DNA of 64,000 bases, filler included, from Octopus bimaculoides (Eukaryota): assembly GCF_001194135.2 (NCBI RefSeq). It is 5 parts of 5 records of this genome, joined end to end, with 100 filler letters (N's around TTAATTAATTAA, not from the genome) between each part and the next. Parts side by side here need not be neighbours in the genome. Positions count along the whole stretch, not along the records: positions 23,453 to 39,749 come from NC_068986.1; 4 more parts are not named here. One strand, written 5' to 3'. Below are positions 24,557-36,889 of this stretch, piece by piece. Positions within the stretch are counted from its first letter, which is position 1, and every line of letters begins with the position of its first letter. Position numbers and translations under genes: made by a program. Under the pieces are notes generated by a model. It saw only the letters and a list, made by a program, of their open reading frames with translations, did not search any database and was not told the origin of the DNA.

Positions 24557-24938
24557 TGGAAGCGCAATGGCCCAGTGGTTAGGGCATCGTACTCGGCGTC
24601 ATAGGATCGCAGTTTCGATTCCCAGACCGAGCATTGTGAGTGTTTATTGAGCGAAAACACCTTAAGCTCCACGAGGCTCCGGCAGGGGATGGTGGCGAAC
24701 CCTGCTGTACTCTTCCACCACAACTTTCTCTCACTCTTACTTCCTGTTTCTGTTGTACCTGTAATTCAAAGGGTCAGCCTTGTCACACTGTGTCACGCTG
24801 AATTTCCCCGAGAACTACGTTAAGGGTATACGTGTCTGTGGCGTGCTCAGCCACTTGGACGTTAATTTCACGAGCAGGCTGTTCCGTTGATCGGATCAAC
24901 TGGAACCCTCGACGTCGTAAGCGACGGAGTGCCAACAA
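24557..24938 (+). mobile_element. SINE family C (tRNA-like head, ~380 bp)
   Basis: A/B-box-like tggcccagtggttagg and gtttcgattccc; colinear with 36544-36889. Confidence 0.85.
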
Positions 24939-25180
24939 TAATGTATGTATATATGTATGTGTCCATGAATGCNNNNNNNNNNNNNNNNNNNNNNNNNNNN
25001 NNNNNNNNNNNNNNNNNNNNNNNNNNNNNNNNNNNNNNNNNNNNNNNNNNNNNNNNNNNNNNNNNNNNNNNNNNNNNNNNNNNNNNNNNNNNNNNNNNNN
25101 NNNNNNNNNNNNNNNNNNNNNNNNNNNNNNNNNNNNNNNNNNNNNNNNNNNNNNNNNNNNNNNNNNNNNNNNNNNNNNNN

Positions 25181-25257
<77 letters not shown>

Positions 25258-25519
25258 TACTATTTATTCAAGCATATTTCCATGTTTTCAGACATGCATG
25301 TTTCAAATTCGTACATGCATATAAACACTAAAACGCACACACTCATATACACAGGGATATATACACATACACATATGTGTACATATATAGTAATGAATGT
25401 ATGCAGATATACATAAATACATGGATATATACACATTTACACATGCTCATAACCCCTGCTCAGTTCACTCAAGACTAAATATAGGAGTTTATGTATTTCC
25501 TCACTCAGATAAGTACTTC

Positions 25520-26420
25520 TTTCGCAATAGCAAATACATTTTCTAGTTTAGATAATTACATTTCATTGCATCATTAGTCTATATATTCATATATTTAGGT
25601 TCTGATTAATAAATACATTTTCTATTATATATAAATATATTTTTTTGAGAAATTAATGTCCTGCGATAGTTAAATCCATTTTCTAATTTGCTGAAATGTA
25701 TTTTCTGCGATAGACAAATACATTTTTCTATCATACAGTATAAAAAAATGCATTTCTTTTTATAGATGAATACCTTTTCTAGAATAGATATATGTCTATT
25801 TTTGCAATAGATAAATGTGTAGGTAGAGATTTTTTGCAGAATATAGGTATTTATACTGATGTACAGATAAATATACTTTCCTATATAGATGCATACATAT
25901 TCTCATCTAGATAAATACACTTTATGCTATAGACAAATACATTTTCCATTGCACATAGACGTGTTTTCATAAATAGAAAAAGAAATTTTCTGCTATAAAC
26001 AGATGCATTTTGTCATATATGTAAATTTTTTTCTAATCTATATTAAAATATTTTCGATTATAGATGAGTATATTTTCTAGTATATATACCTACATTTTCT
26101 GGTATAAATTTTCTAGATTAAATACATCTGTTTTAAGTAAATGCATTTTCCTGGTGTAAATAAATGGATTTTCTGGATAACATAAATGCATTTTTGAGTA
26201 TAATTATATTTTCAAGAATAGATAAATATTTTACCTTGTATAGATAAATATTTTACCTTGTATAGATAAATACACACACTATTTTATCGAAAATGATCAT
26301 TTTCTCCTATAAGTAAAAGCATTTTTCTTGTATAGATAAATATATTTTCTGCTATAAGTATATATATTTTCTAGTATAGATAAATATATTTAGCAGTTTG
26401 TAGAAAAACAAGTTCTAGTA
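25520..26420. repeat. Old degenerate AT-rich minisatellite (tagataaatacattttct-like)
   Basis: Motif recurs dozens of times; a perfect 22-bp duplication lies at about 26220-26270. Confidence 0.7.
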
Positions 26421-26563
26421 GAGATAAAAGCATGTTCTTTTATAAAAGATGATATACTCCCGGATAAATAGTAATAGAGGCAAAGACATTGAAATATATG
26501 TCTCCACTCACTATTTGTGATGAATCAGAACATGATTGCACCCCATGTAAAGTGTTTTGCACA

Positions 26564-26659
26564 CAAAAAGAAGCTGAAAGCAGACAGAAAGAAGCTGAAA
26601 GCAAACAGAAAGAAGCTGAAAGCAGACAGAAAGAAGCTGAAAGCAGACAGAAGGAAGCA
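26564..26659. repeat. 21-bp tandem repeat x4.5 (cagaaagaagctgaaagcaga)
   Basis: Units start at 26564, 26585, 26606, 26627 and 26648 (partial). Confidence 0.95.
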
Positions 26660-27364
26660 GGCAAATTGGTCCAAATATCGGCTTTTCAAAGGCACCCAAG
26701 ATCCATTTAGTCGTGTTAGAAAAGGTGATGCTTTGGGTTTATCATATAAGAACAGGTTTGAAATTGTAATGAATCTTCAAGGTCTCGTTTTATCGATTTT
26801 TATTCACAAGTTTCTGACCGATCCTAGTGGTTACAAAACCTCGAAAGAGAGCTCAACAGCAGGCCTTCAGACAAGAGAACCCACTTAGACAAGTGCTCCG
26901 CAGTTAACCTATACTGTTAACTGGGAGGGCTGCATCCCACTCATGACTCCTGAGTGCCCTTCTCCTAACATTTTCTAGCCACTTGGATATCAGAAACACG
27001 TGCATTTAAATTGTATGGATATTTGATCTAGCTGGAACTCCTTTCCACTGCCTCTGGTTTCAAAGTTATATTTAAATAAGAAATAATGTTAGCAGTCATG
27101 GCATCAGAGAAATATCAACAGTATCAACTCTACCACCATGACTGATACAGAGTTGCTTCCCTTAGCGTTAAAATGCTAACAGATTGCCCTCAAACTTTGT
27201 GCAGGGTGTTTTTGTTCCCCCTCGACCAGATCCAGCCGAAATGCCTGTTGGAAATCATTCCCAAGTTTAGACTGATCGAAGGCTATAAGAGAACTTACTC
27301 ATGTATCGTGGTACGTTGTGGCACTAAACTTGAACGCATTATATTGCATAGTAAATTGTTTTAT

Positions 27365-27730
27365 TTAAGCCACTCAGTGATGGCAAGAATGTGAATGAAA
27401 AATAAATTCCTTTTCCTTCTAGTTTTATAACCAAATTCATTTAACCTAAAATATTCGTTAAACTATTCAACGTCCAACATATATCGTTAATCTCATTTTT
27501 ACAGATTACAGTTTCACATCATTATACAGAAACAAAGTTTAGCAATTACGATTTGGTTAAGTCACACAATGATAGCAAGAACGTGAACGAAAATAAAATT
27601 TTCTTTTTCTAGTTTTCGGACCAAATCCATTTAACCTAAAAAAAATTCATATGTCCAACATATATCGTTAAACTCATCTTTATAGATTATAGAGTTTCAC
27701 ATCATTATATAAAAAAACAAGGTTCAGCAA
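27365..27730. repeat. Old tandem duplication, period ~192 bp
   Basis: 27365-27556 vs 27557-27730 share ttaag.cac.ca.tgat.gcaagaa.gtgaa.gaaaataaa and tccaacatatatcgttaa. Confidence 0.85.
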
Positions 27731-27839
27731 AACTAGTACCGATGACTCTAAGGTACTATACGTAGCAGAATATGCATGTCACACATTGTCGTATTTTTAA
27801 AAAGATGGAAGAACACAAGTTCAATAATGTATGCTATTT

Positions 27840-28102
27840 ACTCTTTTATCCTTTTACTCTTTTACTTGTTTCAGTCATGAGACTTGCAACCATGCCGGAG
27901 CACCACCTTAAGAGATTTCAAACAAATCGACCCCAGAACTTATTCTTTGTAAGCCTAGTGCTTATTCTATCGGTCTCTTTTGCTGAACCGTTAGGTTACA
28001 GGGTCGTAAACACACCAAAATTGGTTGTCAAACGATGGTGTCGAGAGGACAAAGACACACACACACACATACACACACACGCACACACACGCAAACACAC
28101 AA

Positions 28103-28134
<32 letters not shown>

Positions 28135-28308
28135 GTATATATTTACGATGGGCTCCTCTCAGTTTCCGTCTACCAAATCCACTCACAAGGTTTTGTCGAC
28201 CCGAGATTATAGTAGAAGACACTTGCCAAAGGTGCCACGCAGTGTGACTGAACCCGGAACCATGTGGTTGGGAAACAAGCTTCTTGACACACAGTCACGC
28301 CTGCACCT
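27840..28308 (-). mobile_element. SINE family A, complete gap-free copy (~470 bp)
   Basis: Tail, internal (CA)n(TA)n and head all present. Confidence 0.9.
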
Positions 28309-28796
28309 ATTACTGAAAAAGAGAAAAAGAAACTTATGATGAGAACGAGTTTGGTTGTAATTTGTCTCCAATGGAACTAGTAGACGCAAACTCCTGTAAG
28401 AGTTGTGTACAAGAGCTTACGATTGCTTTCTGTATAAGTATATATGTAGCTGCATATATTTGTATAGTTTCGCATAGCGATAAGCACATATGCGGGTTTT
28501 TAAGGCTGGGCTACAGACTTGCAGATCCCTACCGGGATTAATGAACAACTGCGAGAAACATTACTGTTTTAAAGAAGAGTATTATCTTACTCGGAAAAAT
28601 TTCATTCTTCTATCTCTGTGTCTTTCCAACTATTTCTCTCTCCCTCTCTTTCTCTCCCCCTTTATCTCCCCTATCTCCCTCCTCTGTATGCGGGCAAGGA
28701 TATATGAATAGATTTCATACACATGACATTTGTACACACGAAACCAAACATACATATATACCTGTGTTCATGTATGCATTCATCTATGTATCTATG

Positions 28797-28844
<48 letters not shown>

Positions 28845-29207
28845 CACCTATCCATCTAATATGTATGCATGTATGTATGTATGTATGTATGTATGTATGT
28901 ATGTATGTATGTATGAATGAATGTATGCGTATATGTATGCGTGGCATGCAAGCATACAGACTTGCGCGCACACAAAACTCAAATGCGTAAAACTTATATA
29001 TCATTAAATTGATTTATCGATACACAAAGAAGATTTCTTTGAAATAGGCCGCCATGTGTAGGAAAGAATGTTTATCTAGTTTACGTAATCCTTCAAAATG
29101 GGAAACAATCATCCTGATCGTTGACATATATATGTATATGATCATACATACACCCATCCATCCATCCATCCATTCATCCATTCATCCAGCCAGCCATTCA
29201 TGCATCA

Positions 29208-29245
<38 letters not shown>

Positions 29246-29474
29246 NNNNNNNNNNNNNNNNNNNNNNNNNNNNNNNNNNNNNNNNNNNNNNNNNNNNNNN
29301 NNNNNNNNNNNNNNNNNNNNNNNNNNNNNNNNNNNNNNNNNNNNNNNNNNNNNNNNNNNNNNNNNNNNNNNNNNNNNNNNNNNNNNNNNNNNNNNNNNNN
29401 NNNNNNNNNNNNNNNNNNNNNNNNNNNNNNNNNNNNNNNNNNNNNNNNNNNNNNNNNNNNNNNNNNNNNNNNNN

Positions 29475-29507
<33 letters not shown>

Positions 29508-29842
29508 ATATATATATACACACACACAAGCACGTACACACATACACACGCGCGCGCACACACACACATATATATAACAAAAGAGTGAAAGAGAAAGAGA
29601 AATGGAATTCACAAGATACTTTATTGATCGGAAAGGTCATTTCAACCTGTCTTGTATTAGTCTGTCGCAGATGAGATGTTGGACAATTGGTCGTGGGACA
29701 TGCTTCAGTGCAGATGTATTTTGTTCGGTAACCTATTCAAAAGGCCCATCGCTCAATAAACACGGTTTCGTTTAGTTCGATTATAACGCGTTTTGTTATC
29801 TGACTAGCTTGTTTAATACAGGGTTTCGTGGGTTTATATATA

Positions 29843-30078
29843 CCGTAATCCCGCGACTATCGCGGGTGTTACTTTCCAAAAACCCGCGTCATAGGTGAAA
29901 ATCCGCAAAGTAGAAAAAGTACTATATCGTATATTATTTTTTATTATTTTTACAATTTGTATATATTTATTTTATTATAAATGCAAAACAACAATACAAG
30001 GAATCGACGTAAGCGTAAATAATAAACCGCAGCAGGTGAACCGCGATAGGTGAACCACGATATGACAAGGGATTATTG
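29843..30078. mobile_element. pogo/Tigger-like MITE
   Basis: Left TA|ccgtaatcccgcgactatcgcgg matches right ccacgatatgacaagggattattg; internal ccgcgataggtgaa-type repeats. Confidence 0.65.
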
Positions 30079-30139
30079 TCTTTATATCTATCTATTTATC
30101 CCTCACTCTCTCTCTTTCTCTCTCTCTATTTCTCTCTCC

Positions 30140-30175
<36 letters not shown>

Positions 30176-30189
30176 TGTATGTATGTATA

Positions 30190-30310
30190 TTCTTTTATTC
30201 TTTTATTCTTTCACTTATGTCAGTCATTTGATTGCGGCCTTGCTGGAGCCCAGCCTTGAAGGGGTATTTTGTAGTCGAACAAATCGACCCCAGGACTTAT
30301 TTCTTAAACC
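30190..30310 (-). mobile_element. SINE family A, 3' tail fragment
   Basis: cagtcatttgattgcggcc.tgctggagc...tagtcgaacaaatcgaccccaggacttatt. Confidence 0.75.
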
Positions 30311-31010
30311 ATGAACTGCAAAAGCAGAAATTTTATCTGCTGCATTAAATACCTCAATTGTGAGGAATTATATATAGGTGAGATAGGGAATGCATTATCG
30401 GAACTCTCACAAGTTCACGGGCAACAAATCCGAAATATCAATGTTCGCCAAATTCCATTGATCGAACATATAGAGACATGTGCTCAGAAAATGTTTCCAA
30501 TTTTTCCTTTCTACTGAATACATGACACAAGTGAAATTGGAAGAACGATAAAAGAAAAATGGTTTATTAAAATGTTCAAACCTGTTCTGAACGGAAATAA
30601 CAGCAGTATTATAACAACCAGTTAATGATGTGGATTAATAAATATAAACAAGTTACAGAATATCGGTACGCCTGGCAAACTGTGATGTTTAAGAACACGC
30701 GGATTGGTCAAAAAGGTATTCTAAAAATTCAGCTGGTTGGAGCATTCTAAGAAGTACTAAAGTTGTCAAAAACTCAACTGTCAGTTAAACACAGTTAAAA
30801 TTTGATGAGTACACTATGTATGAAAGCACTAATTTTCTCTCTCTCTCTCTCTCTTTGTCTACCATATTTCCCCACCTTTCTCAATTCTCTCGCTTTCTTC
30901 CTTGCTTTCTAAGAGTTCCCTCACTATACGATCATTCATCCTGTCTTCTTTTTCTTTCTGAGGAAGGAGTAACAATCGATATTCATTTAATTCATCAAAA
31001 TAATGATTCC
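30311..31010 (+). mobile_element. Penelope-like element 3' remnant: GIY-YIG endonuclease pseudogene (30311-30600) plus pyrimidine-rich terminal region
   Basis: CKSRNFICCIKYLNCEELYIGEIGNAL...H.QQIR....RQIPL.EHI..C...F.IFPFY*...EK.FIKMFKPVLN fits the PLE GIY-YIG pattern; one stop. Confidence 0.8.
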
Positions 31011-31019
31011 CATCGTTTA

Positions 31020-31810
31020 TCTTTTATTAAGTTGCAGCTCAAGAGCTGCGGCCGTGCGGGAGCATTACTGCTAGCTTTGCTACACTTTCACTGCTTGATA
31101 TGTGACATTCGTTGAGTGAAGGAGTTTGACGATGTTCCCCTCATCTACATTTCTTGCCGTAAAGTAGGCTCATCTGAACTTCTTGGCAGGTGGAGATCTA
31201 CTTTTCTTTTAAAGACACCTACACTCACCCCATGTAAGTCTCTCAGGATTTTGGTGGTGATGGTGGTGGTGGTGGTGGTGATGGTGGAAGGAAATATTGA
31301 AGACCCGCGGGCCTTTCAAACCCAAGTTTATGCAATATCTAGATCTGTAACTTGAAAGTGGTTTTGGGTCCTTAGGCAGTATGTAGTGTTGAAATCTTCA
31401 ACTGTTTCTTATAACTTTCAAAGCCAAAGTTTAGGCCAAGCTCTTCCATGATTTTCCTAATGCATATCATGGCATATATTTCCCGCTTTCGTTTTAGGGA
31501 GTAGAGTGTTCACATTTACAGTCTCTCCCAGTAGCAGACATGTTGTATTGAAACGATATTTTTCTGTAGATTTTCTGAACTACTTAGTTCCACTGTTAGT
31601 TTTAAACTGTGTGGTGACCATATTTGGGAACAGTAGTCTGAAAGCTAAAGTTAAATGTGCTCCGGAGGACCATCATGGTTTCCTATTCTTCGTTGTGAAG
31701 GTTCGAAAGATACATCCGTCTTGCAGCCTGTCTTTGTTGTCAAAATAGGGATGTATGAACCGGAAGAGATTCATCATTACTATCGTCAATGCCCAGGACA
31801 CGCACTGCTT
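31020..31810 (-). mobile_element. CR1/L2-group LINE 3' remnant (RT C-terminus and 3' tail)
   Basis: Frameshifted minus-strand peptides VRVLGI, DYCSQIWSPHSLKLTVEL, YWERL, LYSLKRKRE, GLKGPRVFNILP, LRDLHGVSVGVFKRKVDL..DEPT; tail stem-loop cagctc-tt-gagctg. Confidence 0.8.
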
Positions 31811-32312
31811 GAGATGTAGGGGGTTTTGAATTACTTGTATTATTTTAAAGTGTATTTTGGTATTTTAACTGTATTTTGGTATTTTAAACAAGCAAGCATG
31901 CATGCGAATAAACAGACACTTTAAGCATACAAACATATGTCGACAATTTGAGAATTTATACTTTATGTATATCTTCAGTACATAATGTAACGAGTACATT
32001 AAATGCATTCAATAACATACACTCACATATACGCATTTGTATACACGTATAAGAGGTTTGAATAACTAAACAAAGACGGTGCTGTTCATACCAAAAATGC
32101 AACCGACTGTATTGTTTCAGTGTAGTTCATTTGTTAATGTATAAGTTTACACGAATACATATATACACATATACATACACACATACATATACATATATAT
32201 ATTTCTATGCATGTATGTATGTATGTATATATATATAGATAGATATGGGTATATTCGCATATATATATATATATATACATACATAGAGATATGGATACAT
32301 ATTTTATTTATA

Positions 32313-32392
<80 letters not shown>

Positions 32393-32805
32393 ATATTCAC
32401 ATACATATATATGAACAAATGAAGATATAGATGAATGTGTATGCGCGTGTGTGTGTGTGTACTGATGCAGAAATAGATAGATATACACAAATTATAGCAG
32501 TCATTCAATTTTCATAAATTTACCATGCATATACATCGGTAAGCTACATGTAATATATTACGACGCTATAACGAAAATACACTCATATATATACACACAC
32601 ACATGTATATGCTGATATAGACTGATATGTATATATATATATATAGATATATATTTATATACAAACACACCTGTACATAACTACATACATACAGATTTAA
32701 GCATATGTATATATGGTATGCATAGGTATATGTTCTATATATATTCATATATGTATGTATGTATATTTATACATATATATATATACATATATATATATAT
32801 ACATG

Positions 32806-32860
<55 letters not shown>

Positions 32861-33289
32861 NNNNNNNNNNATATACATATGTATATATATGTATATATAT
32901 ATATCCGTGTATATATATATATATATATATGTATGTATATACACACGTACGTATGGGTATCGATCTAAATTATTCCTCCTCGTACCCCTACCCCCCAATC
33001 TATCAATCTCCACAATACTAATATTCTCAGATCAAAGCATTCGATAACTCTCACACCGTAACCGCATGTCTTTCCTTAAATTTTCATTTCTTTCATCACT
33101 TGCTGTGCATCTATATTTTATTTCCTTTCTGTCCTTCATTACCCCGCCAGCTTTTTTCACCTTTCTTTTTTTCCGTACCACATGCACACACACACACGCA
33201 AGCACGCACACACACACACACACACACTCTCACACACAGAGAGAAACACACACACAAGCACACACGTACATTCGCAAGTATACACTTAT

Positions 33290-33323
<34 letters not shown>

Positions 33324-34879
33324 TTACATACGTGCTGTATATACACATATACTATATGTGTAAATATATATATGTATTTATATACATACTATATATACAC
33401 GCATATTATATATCCATATATATATATATAATTACATATATACTATATATAGATACATAGATGCATACCCTCTCACAGAAAAAGACTTTCAATTGCACAG
33501 ATGCACGCAGAAAAACGTGCACGCGCTCCATTCACCGCTACACGCACATGCATGAATATACACCAACATACACATATATGCGTCATAATAAATATGTTGA
33601 TATATATATATATATACATATACATACATGTATATTATATATATAATAAATATGTTGATCTATATATGTATATATATATATATATNNNNNNNNNNNNNNN
33701 NNNNNNNNNNNNNNNNNNNNNNNNNNNNNNNNNNNNNNNNNNNNNNNNNNNNNNNNNNNNNNNNNNNNNNNNNNNNNNNNNNNNNNNNNNNNNNNNNNNN
33801 NNNNNNNNNNNNNNNNNNNNNNNNNNNNNNNNNNNNNNNNNNNNNNNNNNNNNNNNNNNNNNNNNNNNNNNNNNNNNNNNNNNNNNNNNNNNNNNNNNNN
33901 NNNNNNNNNNNNNNNNNNNNNNNNNNNNNNNNNNNNACATATGCGTTTCTATATGTATAACTATTGTGCATACATTTATATTATATATATACACACATAT
34001 ATATAAAGAGAGAGAGGGAAAGAGAGAGAAAGAGAGAAATAGTAACAGAGAGAGGGGGAGAGCAAGAGAGAAGTCAGGCGAAGAGAGTATATCATTCTGA
34101 TAGATAGACAGATATATATTCATAGATTCTTTAGCATACCGTTCTCCTTTTTACCGGATTTCCATTGAACCCTTTCATGTTTATAAATTATCTGCAATCG
34201 TAATTATATAAACAACACTGACTTCTCTACTCTTTTACTGAATATTTTTTACGAATCTGTAAACATTCTTGGAAGTGTGATAACGTTTTCAATTCAAGTT
34301 TTCTCGGAAAATCTTCTAACTGTATATTCCAAACTGCTAATGAGTGTACAGAAATGGTCACGTGACTATAACTTAGATCTGGTAGATTAACTTCTCACTG
34401 GCGCAGGTATGTTTGCGTTAGCTTTGAAACTACGCTATAATTCCTTCCATTCCTGCACAGTAACTCGGGCAAATGTCTGCTACGAGTACCATGTGTTGAC
34501 CATTCACCGGAGAACACTATGTCGACATCTTTAGTAGAGAAAATGCGAGAAATATCGACATGTGTGTGCCTGTGTACGTGTGTATAAAAACATATTCGCA
34601 CACACACATACTTCAAACTACCAGTTAAATACCTTTCTACTGGCCATTCTCCTACGCGCATGTGAAGGGACACACTACACAAAAGACAGTCACTTCTACT
34701 ATAAATTATTACTATAAATTCTTCCTACGACATTAAGCAACACAAAGTCCCCTCACACACACATAGAAACAGACAAAACCTCACACACATACACACACGC
34801 ACCCGTGCTGTTATTACACATACACAGAGACACACAGAGACCTGCACGCATGCACATACGTACACATACACACACATAA

Positions 34880-35130
34880 CTCCTTCACGTGCACTCTCCT
34901 GTCTTAGAAATAACTTTTCTGCACCCGTTCCCTTCCGGTCATTTCAAAATGTAACCACGTGTGAATCGTTGGCGATTTTCTTCCTCTGTCTTCCCATCTT
35001 TTGGACTTTTCTCTATTTCTGAAGAAGAGCATTGCTCGAAGCGTCAAATCCTCTTCAAATCCTCTTCCTTTCCTTTCTTGAGCGTCTGATAATACATTAT
35101 CAGTCCTCGCGTTGTTGTTGTTTTATGTTT
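34880..35130 (+). mobile_element. Penelope-like terminal fragment with hammerhead motif (35015-35049, A15.1G)
   Basis: attt-CTGAAGA-a-gagc-att-gctc-GAAG-CG-TC-aaat. Confidence 0.55.
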
Positions 35131-35591
35131 GAATGCTTCAACAAGTAGAAAAACATTCGATCAGCTAAGAGAGTAAAGGTAATCTTTTAAATAAGCCTAC
35201 CCAGGATTTCCTGGTAACAATAATAATTTATCCCGTCATTTATCAAGGTGAAAACAAGACCGTTTGTTAGTGGTTTTCTGAGCAGATAACGTTTAAACAA
35301 GAGACGTTTTTTTTGTATATATGCATATACAGACATATATAAGTATGCATGTATATATGCATACACACGCACACATATATAAAAGTATATATATGTGGTC
35401 TGTGTGTGTGTGTATGTGTGTATGTATGTATGTATGTATGTATGTATGTATGTATGTATGTATGCTGGGTGGAGGTGCTTAGCTCTCCTGTTCGAAAACT
35501 TAAGGGCACAGAACGCATGTGTCGCACAGCCAGATAGAAACACATTTCCCTTTCCAGGGACTGCCACATTAAGTTGGCAACAAGCCATCCT

Positions 35592-35686
<95 letters not shown>

Positions 35687-36543
35687 ATGTTAAAGGCATT
35701 ATTATACATAAATGCCTCACGCTAGGAGGGACTCTTAAAATCAAAGCTACCATATATANNNNNNNNNNNNNNNNNNNNNNNNNNNNNNNNNNNNNNNNNN
35801 NNNNNNNNNNNNNNNNNNNNNNNNNNNNNNNNNNNNNNNNNNNNNNNNNNNNNNNNNNNNNNNNNNNNNNNNNNNNNNNNNNNNNNNNNNNNNNNNNNNN
35901 NNNNNNNNNNNNNNNNNNNNNNNNNNNNNNNNNNNNNNNNNNNNNNNNNNNNNNNNNNNNNNNNNNNNNNNNNNNNNNNNNNNNNNNNNNNNNNNNNNNN
36001 NNNNNNNNNNNNNNNNNNNNNNNNNNNNNNNNNNNNNNNNNNNNTATTATTGTTCGTGTATATGTCTATTTTTATATCAAATCATTTTAGCATTAAACTG
36101 AAGGATTACCCAATAATTTTTGCTAGATCTTATTAAATTATAGTTTATGAAAAATCATTGCTAATCTTTTGCTTGTGATGGCTATGCTACTCAGACTCCA
36201 CCACAAGCGATGCATTTGCGCCGTCGTTGAATCCTGTTTAAAAAAGGTTTAGATGTGCTTTGCTGTATCCATGTTACACACTTTCATTTCGTCTATTTTA
36301 CCAAAATTTTATTCCCGAGTATTGTCCCTTATTGAACTGTAAAGATTGACCCCAGAGGTTACTGGATATTAGTTTTACCAGATTTTGGGTGTCAGCGGTT
36401 ATTAAGCATTGCTGGATGGAGGACTACTGTGCAGCCCAGTTTGTTTATTACCTAATTTCTTTCTAAAATATACGTGGTCACTAATTTTCCATGGAGACAG
36501 AAAGTCGTTCTCAGATTTTTGTTTATTTTATATGACGTCTGTG

Positions 36544-36889
36544 TGGAGGCGAAATGGCCCAGTGGTTAGGGCAGCGGACTTGCGGTCGTGGGATCGCGGT
36601 TTCGATTCCCGGACGGGCGTTGTGAGTGTTTATTGAGCGAAAACACCTAAAGCTCCACGAGACTCCGGCAGGGGGTGGTGGCGATCTCTGCTGTATTCTT
36701 TCACCACAACTTTCTCTCACTCTATCTTCCTGTTACTGTTGTACCTGTATTTCAAAGAGCCAGCCTAATCACACTTTGTGTTACGCTGAACCTCCCCCGA
36801 GAACTATGTTAAGGGTTCACGTATCTGTGGAGTGCTCAGCCACTTGCACGTAAATTTCACGAATAGGCTGTTCCGACGGAGTGCCAACA
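36544..36889 (+). mobile_element. SINE family C, second copy
   Basis: Colinear with 24557-24938, lacking about 37 bp near the 3' end. Confidence 0.85.

Noticed and set aside
24557-24630. tRNA gene (also other SINE heads)
   Set aside because: A/B-box-like motifs continue into SINE bodies; no complete cloverleaf or acceptor stem.
26489-26710. Host coiled-coil protein (QKEAESR)n
   Set aside because: Heptad arises from a 21-bp DNA tandem repeat; short ORF with no splice support.
31506-31748. GPCR TM1-like exon (LVPLLVLNCVVTIFGN)
   Set aside because: It is the antisense reading of the CR1-like RT remnant.
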